A stretch of 64,000 nt of DNA from an uncultured Desulfarculaceae bacterium (GTDB taxonomy: Bacteria > Desulfobacterota > Desulfocorpusculales > Desulfocorpusculum). The stretch covers positions 41,736-105,735 of the forward strand of contig CAZEPJ010000003.1 of assembly GCA_964514105.1 (NCBI GenBank), read 5' to 3'. Shown here piece after piece: positions 57,129-64,000 of the stretch. The notes beneath the pieces were generated by a model. It searched no databases. It saw only the letters and a program-made list of their open reading frames with translations, and was not told where the DNA came from. The translations under genes and the position numbers were made by a program. Every line of letters starts with the position of its first letter. Within the stretch, counting starts at the first letter, position 1.

Positions 57129-58304
57129 ATGAACCCCGCTTCCCCAATCCGCACCCTGTACCTCCTGTCGGCCGCCGTCTGGGTGGCCATGACCGCAATG
57201 GGGATCATCTGGCCCCTCATGCCGGTCTACGCCCAGGAGATGGGGGCCACGGGCCTCGAACTGGGTTTGATCATCTCCGCATTCCCCCTGGCGCGCATCG
57301 TGTTCCAGCCCTTCGTGGGTCGCATCTCGGATACGCGGGGCCGAAAGCCCATACTCTGCTGGGGGTTGGTCCTGTTCGCCGCCGTATCCATCCTCTACGT
57401 CCTGGCTTCGCGGGTGGCGGAACTCATGGGGGTGCGCTTCCTTCACGGGGCGGCTTCGGTGCTGGTGGTCCCGGTGGCCATGGCCATGACCGGGGACATG
57501 GCCCCATCGGACCGGGCCGGGCTGTACATGGGCACCCTCAACATGGCGGTCATGCTGGGATTCGGGATCGGGCCCGCACTGGGCGGCTTCATCCATCAGT
57601 ACCTGGGCATGCAGGCGGCGTTTCTCGCCATGGGCGCCCTGACCCTCCTGACCCTCGGGGGGGTGGCGGCCATGGTCCCCTCGGACGCCGACCTGGGGTT
57701 CGCGCCCCGGGGCCGCCCCCCCCTCCCCTTGCGGTCCCTCCTCGCACACCCCGTGGTCCGGGGACTGTGCCTCCTGCGCTTCGCCAGTGCCATCGGCCAG
57801 GGCTGCGTGTATGCCTTCTTGCCGCTCATGGCCCCGGACATGGGGTTGACGAGCGCCCAGGTGGGCCTCCTGCTGGGGGTCAACATCCTTCTGGTCGCCT
57901 TCCTGCAGCGACCCTTGGGCGCCCTGGCGGACCGAGGCAACCTTATTCTCCAGATCCTCCTGGGGACGGGGGTCACGGCCCTGGCCATCACCGCCATGCC
58001 GCTGGCCGGCGGCTTCCCGGGCCTCCTGGCCCTCAATGCCCTCATGGGCGCCGGCGGGGGCGTGGCCATGCCCGCCGGCTTGGCCCTGTCCGCCCGACTC
58101 GGGCGCTCCATGGGCATGGGGACCATCATCGGCCTGACGGAGACGGGGTACAGCATGGGGATGATCGCATCGCCCATCGTGGCCGGCGGCATCATGGACC
58201 TGTGGGGTCTGCCCAGTGTGTTCATGGCAGGAGGGGGCATCACCCTGGCGGGCGCAGCGGGGGTCTTCCTGTACCTGAGGGGAGGCCCGGCCCCCGCGCC
58301 TTGA
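57129..58304 (+). CDS. MFS transporter
   Basis: 391 aa with 12 predicted TM helices and the MFS signature between TM2 and TM3 (GRISDTRGRKPIL). Confidence 0.85.
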   Translation: MNPASPIRTLYLLSAAVWVAMTAMGIIWPLMPVYAQEMGATGLELGLIISAFPLARIVFQPFVGRISDTRGRKPILCWGLVLFAAVSILYVLASRVAELMGVRFLHGAASVLVVPVAMAMTGDMAPSDRAGLYMGTLNMAVMLGFGIGPALGGFIHQYLGMQAAFLAMGALTLLTLGGVAAMVPSDADLGFAPRGRPPLPLRSLLAHPVVRGLCLLRFASAIGQGCVYAFLPLMAPDMGLTSAQVGLLLGVNILLVAFLQRPLGALADRGNLILQILLGTGVTALAITAMPLAGGFPGLLALNALMGAGGGVAMPAGLALSARLGRSMGMGTIIGLTETGYSMGMIASPIVAGGIMDLWGLPSVFMAGGGITLAGAAGVFLYLRGGPAPAP

Positions 58305-58391
58305 GCCGGGGGAACAGGCCTCCATGGGGTCGCCCGGGGGCCCCCGGGCGTTGGCCCTGGGGACGGCGATCCTCGCACACGAAGGGCGATC

Positions 58392-59201
58392 CTAGAGGTC
58401 GAAGGACGTGATGGGGGTCACGTTCACGTGGACCTCCCGGACGCCCGGCACCCCGGCCACGATGCCCTCCAAGTCCCTGACCAGTGCCGCTTCCTGGGAT
58501 TCGTGGGCCCTGGTGGCCACCCGAACCAGACCATCTTGGGCCGTGACCTCCACGTCGGGCTTGAGGTCGATGAGGGCCGCCCGGACATCGGCGGCCAGGG
58601 AGAGGTCCTCCAGCATCATCTGGGACTCGGGGGTGGTTCGAAACTGCCGGAGCCGGACCGTCTGGCAGATGAGATCTGCGGCATCCGCCACCGTGAGCTT
58701 GCCCACATGGATCACCAGGTCGTACAGGCTGGGGTCCGTTGTATCGATGTCGTACATGTGCCGGCTCCACTTGCGGCGCTCCTCGTCGATCCGCCTGACG
58801 AACCGCCCCGCCTCCCTCCTGGAGACCTGATCCCGTTCCATGACGATCCGGATCCGCTCTTCCAGATCCGCAATGATGCGTACCTTGAGCACGTGGGGCA
58901 CCCCCTGGACGAAGAAATGACCCGCCATGCCGTGGTAGACCACATTGTCCCGGAGGAAGTGCCGGAGGAGGGCCGCCTGGACGTAGGCCACGTACTTCTC
59001 CTTTGCGTAGCGGACCCGATCCAGGAAGGTCGGGGCGGCCTCGATGGCCCGGACGAGTTCCATTTCCGGGATGCGGTACCGGTCCGATGCCTCGGAGAGG
59101 ACCTCCCGGGCAAGGCACTCGTAGCCCAACCGCCTGCACACCTTCTCGGCCACTTCCTTGCCGTGGCTGTGCGACCCCCGGGAAACGGTGACGATGGACA
59201 T
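58392..59201 (-). CDS. Cytidylate-kinase-like family protein (P-loop-like NTPase fold with a C-terminal BON-like region)
   Basis: Begins MSIVTVSRGSHSHGKEVAEKVCRRLGY..., the characteristic N-terminus of the cytidylate_kin2 family. 269 aa. Confidence 0.6.
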   Translation of the reverse strand: MSIVTVSRGSHSHGKEVAEKVCRRLGYECLAREVLSEASDRYRIPEMELVRAIEAAPTFLDRVRYAKEKYVAYVQAALLRHFLRDNVVYHGMAGHFFVQGVPHVLKVRIIADLEERIRIVMERDQVSRREAGRFVRRIDEERRKWSRHMYDIDTTDPSLYDLVIHVGKLTVADAADLICQTVRLRQFRTTPESQMMLEDLSLAADVRAALIDLKPDVEVTAQDGLVRVATRAHESQEAALVRDLEGIVAGVPGVREVHVNVTPITSFDL

Positions 59202-59288
59202 GGGGCAGCCCCCCTGGAATCCGAAATCCGAGGCCGCGATTCCCCTTCGGGCTCCGCGGGAGGATCCTAGCAGAGGGCCCAGGCCGAT

Positions 59289-59840
59289 TCAAGGCCGGGG
59301 CTCCTGGGGCTCGGGTTGGGACAGGGGGTTGGTGGGGTCTCCTTCAGCGAGCATCCGGGTCAAGACCTCCTGCTCGGCGGGACCCGGGAGAAGGCCGTTC
59401 AACTGGGCCCGCATGACCACCTCCCCCCGCTGATTGGTGAAGGTCGCCTTGGCCGAGGAGCGGCCGCGCGGGTCCACCTCCACGATGGTCATCTCGCACG
59501 TCACCGTGTCGCCCACGAACACGGGTTTGAGGAACCGGAACTCCATGGCGCTGGCGAGCCAGGCCAGCTGCCCCCCGGGCTCGCAGATCATGCTGCCCAC
59601 CAGGAGGCCGTGGCAGATGAGACCCGCCATGCCCTTGACGGCCGCGAAGCGGGGCTCGAAGTGGACCGGGTTGTAGTCCCGGGTGATCCAGCCGAAGGCC
59701 TCCACGTCCTCCCGGGTGAAGGTCCGGCTGAACCGCACGGTGAACCCCGGACCCACGGCGCCCCGGGCCGCGGCCTGCCGCCACGGGCCGAGGGCGCCCC
59801 GGGGCGGGGCGTTCGCCTTTGCGCCGCGCCTCCGCGTCAT
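59289..59840 (-). CDS. MaoC-like (R)-specific enoyl-CoA hydratase / hot-dog-fold dehydratase
   Basis: FTREDVEAFGWITRDYNPVHFEP...GLICHGLLVGSMI has the hot-dog-fold signature. Its start overlaps the upstream ligase stop (ATGA). Confidence 0.7.
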   Translation of the reverse strand: MTRRRGAKANAPPRGALGPWRQAAARGAVGPGFTVRFSRTFTREDVEAFGWITRDYNPVHFEPRFAAVKGMAGLICHGLLVGSMICEPGGQLAWLASAMEFRFLKPVFVGDTVTCEMTIVEVDPRGRSSAKATFTNQRGEVVMRAQLNGLLPGPAEQEVLTRMLAEGDPTNPLSQPEPQEPRP

Positions 59841-61354
59841 ATTGACTCTCTCAGCGCCCTCTTGAGCACCTTGCCGGTCCCGGTCCGCGGGAGGGCATCC
59901 ACGAAGGCATAGGCCTTGGGGCACTTGAACTTGGCCAGCCTGGCCCGGCAGTGCTCCTGGAGATCCTCCACCGCCGGAGGGGGTCCCGGCGCAGGGACCA
60001 CGAAGGCCTTGAGGGCCTCCCCCCAGCGCGGGTCTGGCACCCCCACCACCGCCGCCTCCTGCACCCCGGGGTGCTCGTGGAGCACCTCCTCCACCTCCCG
60101 GGGGTACACGTTCTCCCCCCCGCTGATGACCATGTCCTTCTTGCGATCCACGATGAACAGGTACCCCTCGGCATCCACGCGGCCCAGGTCCCCCGTGTGC
60201 AGCCATCCCCCGCGCAAGGCCTCCGCGGTCTCCTCCGGGAGGTTCCAGTACCCCCGCATGACGTTGGGTCCGCGGACCAGGACCTCCCCGACGGCGCCGG
60301 GAGGCACATCTCGGTCCTGTTCGTCGACCACCCGGATCTCCACGTATGCATGGGGCAGTCCCACGCAGGCGTGCTTGCGCAGGAAATCCCGGCCCGGCAG
60401 GACGGTGCAGTACGAGGTGGCCTCGGTCAGCCCGTACGAGTCCACCACCTGGACGTGGGGGAAGCGGCGCGCCAGGCGCTCCTTGAGGGCCTGGGGGATA
60501 ATGGTGGCGCCCGTGTTGAAGGCCCTGAGGGGGCTCAGGTCGAAGCGCCCCGGGTCCGGCACATCCAGGAGGGCCGTAAGCATGGGGGGCACCGCCGGTA
60601 TCCGGGTGATCCCTTCCCGGGCCACCAAGCCGAGGAGTTCCTCGGGGTCGAAGCGGGGCCTCAGGACGATCTTGCCCCCCAACAGGGCTGCGGCGAAGAA
60701 CCCCCCGATGGCGGCCCCGTGGAACAGGGGGAGGCCGTAAAAGACCGCATCGTCCCCGGAGAATCCGCCGCTCACCTGGCCGTTGACGGCGTTCCACATG
60801 ACATTGGAATTGGTGATCACGGCGCCCTTGGGCCTGCCCGTCGTCCCCGAGGTGTAGAGGATGTACAGGTCGTCCTCCCCCCCCAGCTCCGCCGGAGGAT
60901 GCTCCCCCCCGCCTTTGGCCAGGAGATCCTCCCAGGAACCAAGTCCCTCCGGGGCGGCACCCACGCACACCAGATCGCGCAGGTGGGGGAGCTGGGTGCG
61001 AATCGCCGCCATGCGAGATGCGAAGGCTTCCTCGCAGATCACCGCGGAGGCCCCGCTGTCCCCGAGGATATGGGCCCATTCAGGATCCGCCAGGCGGGTG
61101 TTGAGGGGGACCAGGACGGCCCCCAGCCTGAAGACGGCCAGGTACGAGACGATGAGCTCGGACCGGTTGGTCATGAGGGTGGCCACCCGGGCGCCCTTTC
61201 TCACCCCGAGCGATGCCAGCCCCGCCGCCGCCGCGCACACCAGATCCCGCAGGCGCCCATAGTCCATGGACCCCTCGGGCCCGACCAGGGCCGGGCGGCC
61301 CCGGTATTTCCTCGCGTTTCGATCCACCAGGTGGGCCGCGTGCCCGGGGTTCAT
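59837..61354 (-). CDS. AMP-dependent acyl-CoA synthetase (fatty-acid--CoA ligase)
   Basis: 505 aa with the AMP-binding motif [12 protein letters not shown], then GYGLTE-like DSYGLTEAT, then [20 protein letters not shown] and the terminal [17 protein letters not shown]. Confidence 0.9.
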   Translation of the reverse strand: MNPGHAAHLVDRNARKYRGRPALVGPEGSMDYGRLRDLVCAAAAGLASLGVRKGARVATLMTNRSELIVSYLAVFRLGAVLVPLNTRLADPEWAHILGDSGASAVICEEAFASRMAAIRTQLPHLRDLVCVGAAPEGLGSWEDLLAKGGGEHPPAELGGEDDLYILYTSGTTGRPKGAVITNSNVMWNAVNGQVSGGFSGDDAVFYGLPLFHGAAIGGFFAAALLGGKIVLRPRFDPEELLGLVAREGITRIPAVPPMLTALLDVPDPGRFDLSPLRAFNTGATIIPQALKERLARRFPHVQVVDSYGLTEATSYCTVLPGRDFLRKHACVGLPHAYVEIRVVDEQDRDVPPGAVGEVLVRGPNVMRGYWNLPEETAEALRGGWLHTGDLGRVDAEGYLFIVDRKKDMVISGGENVYPREVEEVLHEHPGVQEAAVVGVPDPRWGEALKAFVVPAPGPPPAVEDLQEHCRARLAKFKCPKAYAFVDALPRTGTGKVLKRALRESI

Positions 61355-62499
61355 CTCAGGAGCTCCTTGGCGATGATCATCTTTTGGATCTCCGACGTGC
61401 CGCCGCCGATCTCCACCAGCTTGGCGTCCCGCAGGTACCGCTGGACCGGGTACTCCCGCATGTAGCCGTACCCGCCGAAGATCTGCACCGCGTCCAGGGC
61501 GGCCCGGGTGGCCATGATGGAGGCATAGTACTTGGCGATGGATGCCTCCTTGGTCATGCGCCTCCCGCGCTCCACCCACGGAAACAGGCCGTAGGTGTAG
61601 GTGCGTGTGATCTCCAGGCGGGTCGCCATCTCGGCCAGCATGTTCCGGACGAGCTGGTACTCGGCGATGGGCCTTCCGAACTGCTGCCGCGCCTTGGCAT
61701 ATCGCACCGATGCGTCCAGGCAGGCCTGGGCGATGCCGATGCTCGTATTGGCCCCCAGGATGCGCTCCAGGTCCAGGGTCTCGAACATGGTGGAGAACCC
61801 GTGCCCTTCCCGCCCCAGTACCTGGTCGTGCTCGACCCGCACGTCCTCCAGGAAGACCTGTCCCGTGGGGGAGCACCGCATGCCCAGCTTGCGCATGGGG
61901 GGGCCCGTGGAGAGGCCCTCCATGCCGCGCTCCAGGATGAACAGGGTTGCGCCCGAGACCCCCGCGGTCCCCTGTTCCCGCGAGACCACGATGAGGAATC
62001 GGGCCAGGGGCGCGTTGGTGATGAAGGTCTTGGAGCCGCTGAGAACGAAGGTCGCCCCGTCCCGCCGATGGCGGGTGCGTATGGACAGGGCGTCGGACCC
62101 GGCCTCAGGCTCGGTGAGACACCAGCAGCCCAAGGCCTCCCCGGAGACGACCGGCGGTATGTAGCGCCGCTTCTGATCCTCGGTGCCGTACTTGGCGATG
62201 AAGTAACAGAAGTTGTTGGTGCAGATGTTCACGGACATGCCGAAGCCGGCGGCCATGCGGCAGAGCTCCTCCTTGATGATCCCGTTGGTGAGGAGGTCCG
62301 CCCCGCCGCCCCCGTACTCCTCGGGGATGATCGAGCCGATGAAGCCCACCTCGCCGGCCTTGCGGTACACCTCCATGGGGAAGCGCTCCGCCTCATCGAT
62401 CTCCTCGGCGATGGGGCCCAACTCGGCTTCCGCGAACCGGCGCGCCGATTCACGCACCATCCTGTGGGGCTCGGAAAGAAGAAGGTCCATTGGGTCCAT
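61351..62499 (-). CDS. Acyl-CoA dehydrogenase
   Basis: 382 aa with the acyl-CoA dehydrogenase N-terminal, middle ([10 protein letters not shown]) and C-terminal ([34 protein letters not shown]) domains and its catalytic Glu. The stop overlaps the downstream ligase start. Confidence 0.9.
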   Translation of the reverse strand: MDPMDLLLSEPHRMVRESARRFAEAELGPIAEEIDEAERFPMEVYRKAGEVGFIGSIIPEEYGGGGADLLTNGIIKEELCRMAAGFGMSVNICTNNFCYFIAKYGTEDQKRRYIPPVVSGEALGCWCLTEPEAGSDALSIRTRHRRDGATFVLSGSKTFITNAPLARFLIVVSREQGTAGVSGATLFILERGMEGLSTGPPMRKLGMRCSPTGQVFLEDVRVEHDQVLGREGHGFSTMFETLDLERILGANTSIGIAQACLDASVRYAKARQQFGRPIAEYQLVRNMLAEMATRLEITRTYTYGLFPWVERGRRMTKEASIAKYYASIMATRAALDAVQIFGGYGYMREYPVQRYLRDAKLVEIGGGTSEIQKMIIAKELLR

Positions 62500-62591
62500 C
62501 CATGATCGAATCAGGATCGCCTCTGCGGGATCGAGCCGCCGCCGTCGCGGGCCGGGGCAACCCGGTCCCGGGCGGCCCCCGGGCTTTTCCA

Positions 62592-64000
62592 TCAGGGCCT
62601 GCCGTAGCGCTCCCGCAGCTCCTTCTTGAGCAGCTTGCCCCCGAAGGTCCCCTTGGGCAGCGCCTCCACGAAGACCACGGAGGTGGGCTTCTTGTGGGGG
62701 GCCAGGTGCTCCCGGCACAGGGCCATGATCTCCTCGGCCGACACCGTCCCTCCCGCCCGACGGACCACCACGGCCCGCACGCTCTCCCCCCATTTCTCGT
62801 GGGGCACCCCGATGACCGCCGCCTCCATCACATCCGGATGCCGCGAGATGATCTCCTCCACTTCCCGGGAGTAGACGTTGAGGCCACCGCTCTTGATCAT
62901 GTCCTTGAGCCGGTCCACCACGTACAGGTAGCCCCGCTCGTCGTACCGCCCCATGTCTCCCGTGTGCAGCCATCCCCCCCGCAGGGCGGCGCGGGTCTCC
63001 CGGGGGTTGCGGAAATACCCCCGCATGACGGTGGGGCCGCGCACCTGGATCTCTCCCACATCCCCCGGACGCAGGGGCTCGTCGGTGTGGGGGTCCGCGA
63101 TGCGCACCTCGGTGCACATGTACGGTCTGCCCACGCTGCTCCAATGGCAGGGGGTGTCCCACGGCTTCAGGACGGTCACGGCCGGAGAGGCCTCGGTGAG
63201 GGCGTACGAGCCGTACATGAGACCCCGGGGGAAGAGGAGGCCCTCGATCTCCCTGCGGAGATCGGGATCCAGCGGGTCATGGGTGTGGAGCCAGCGCTTC
63301 ATGGAGGAGGTGTCGTACGGGCGGGCCCGCTGCACCTCCAGGAGCATGCGCCAGATGGTGCTGTTGCCCACGATGAACGTGGTGCGCTCCTTCTGCACCA
63401 TGGCCAGATAGCGCTCGGCGTCGAACCCGCTGCTCCCCATGAACGTGCCCCCCGCATACATGAAGGCCAGGAACCGGCTCAGGGCCGCGGCGTGATACAT
63501 CTGCATGGGATAATACGTGATGTCCTCGGGGGCGGGGCAGTGGTTCTCCGTGGTCACGCAGATGATGTTCCACAGGAGGCTCCGGTGGGTGAGGACGGCC
63601 CCTTTGGGGGTCCCCGTGGTCCCCCCCGTGAACAGTATGAAGGCGGCGTCCCGCTCCCGCACGGCGGACCGGGGTTCCTGGGGGCTTCCCCCGGCCAGGA
63701 GTTCCGCCTCGTGCCGTGCGAACTCCGGCACATCCCCCCCGAAGCCCAGGGCCCCCTGGATCCACGGGGCCCCCCGGAGGAGCGCCTCCGCCACGGCGGC
63801 ATGGTCCGCATGAAACACCAACGCCCTGGGCCGCGTGAGCCGCACCTGGCGCTCCAGCTCGGCGAGGGTCCCGCGGCCGTCCAGGGCAACGGTGACCACG
63901 CCCAACTTGAGATGGGCCAGGTAGAACGTCATGAGCCCCAGGGCGTTGTGAGACAGCGTGGCCACCCGGTCCCCCCTGCCGAGCCCCAGGGCGTCCAGGC
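62592..64000 (-). CDS. Second AMP-dependent acyl-CoA synthetase; the N-terminus lies beyond the window end
   Basis: [39 protein letters not shown] and GKLLKKEL are present. The reading frame stays open upstream of the reported GTG through position 64000 ([18 protein letters not shown]...), so the true start is outside the window. Confidence 0.85.
   Translation of the reverse strand, partial: LDALGLGRGDRVATLSHNALGLMTFYLAHLKLGVVTVALDGRGTLAELERQVRLTRPRALVFHADHAAVAEALLRGAPWIQGALGFGGDVPEFARHEAELLAGGSPQEPRSAVRERDAAFILFTGGTTGTPKGAVLTHRSLLWNIICVTTENHCPAPEDITYYPMQMYHAAALSRFLAFMYAGGTFMGSSGFDAERYLAMVQKERTTFIVGNSTIWRMLLEVQRARPYDTSSMKRWLHTHDPLDPDLRREIEGLLFPRGLMYGSYALTEASPAVTVLKPWDTPCHWSSVGRPYMCTEVRIADPHTDEPLRPGDVGEIQVRGPTVMRGYFRNPRETRAALRGGWLHTGDMGRYDERGYLYVVDRLKDMIKSGGLNVYSREVEEIISRHPDVMEAAVIGVPHEKWGESVRAVVVRRAGGTVSAEEIMALCREHLAPHKKPTSVVFVEALPKGTFGGKLLKKELRERYGRP

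Noticed and set aside
1-64000. Looked for CRISPR repeats, tRNA/rRNA genes, IS elements, integrases and phage genes
   Set aside because: I saw no periodic direct repeats, no tRNA-like cloverleaf signatures, and no transposase, integrase or phage structural genes in any frame. This was a by-eye search only; a tRNAscan/Infernal and repeat-finder run would be needed to be certain.

Overview
This is a high-GC (roughly 65-70%) bacterial chromosomal segment, densely coded on both strands with no rRNA, tRNA, CRISPR array or obvious prophage. From left to right it holds the following.

- **1-10.6 kb, minus strand:** a complete division/cell-wall (dcw) cluster, mraZ-rsmH-ftsL-ftsI-murE-murF-mraY-murD-ftsW-murG (murG truncated by the window edge). 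Many neighbouring genes overlap as ATGA, and a clear sigma70-type promoter sits upstream of mraZ.
- **10.6-13.4 kb:** a lower-GC patch carrying a secreted parallel beta-helix protein, followed by about 1.25 kb with no convincing gene.
- **13.4-17.2 kb:** nadE, a NifA-type GAF/sigma54 activator, and a glycine-zipper lipoprotein.
- **17.5-30.6 kb:** a PhoB/PhoR-like two-component pair directly upstream of a full C-P lyase phosphonate operon (phnGHIJKLM, then phnCDE, then a TIM-barrel isomerase and a hexapeptide transferase). The PhnK here carries a CxxC...CxxC insertion.
- **30.7-34.1 kb, minus strand:** a glycosyltransferase-21 (HpnI/ceramide-glucosyltransferase-like), PHP phosphoesterase and GH1 beta-glucosidase trio.
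- **34.1-36.1 kb:** a decaying, lower-GC islet with a truncated orphan CheW and a frameshifted secreted caspase-like (peptidase C14) gene.
- **36.1-44 kb:** a 5'-nucleotidase, a GNAT acetyltransferase, an M28 peptidase, a membrane protein, and an Mla-like lipid ABC system whose permease carries an N-terminal STAS domain, plus an auxiliary lipoprotein.
- **44.3-49.4 kb, minus strand:** a catabolic operon of nitroreductase, nitrilase, a standalone PocR sensor domain, a TPP (acetolactate-synthase-like) enzyme and a Zn alcohol dehydrogenase.
- **49.6-58.3 kb:** a HEAT-repeat/FmdB/HD trio, a 2-hydroxyacyl-CoA dehydratase-like subunit pair with no activase nearby, a secreted papain-family protease, a hypothetical membrane protein and an MFS transporter.
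- **58.4-64 kb, minus strand:** a cytidylate-kinase-like protein followed by a beta-oxidation-type cluster (MaoC dehydratase, two AMP-dependent CoA ligases, acyl-CoA dehydrogenase).

All calls come from reading the translated ORFs and the local sequence. No database search was run, so family assignments rest on motif-level recognition. Start coordinates picked by hand may be off by a codon or so.
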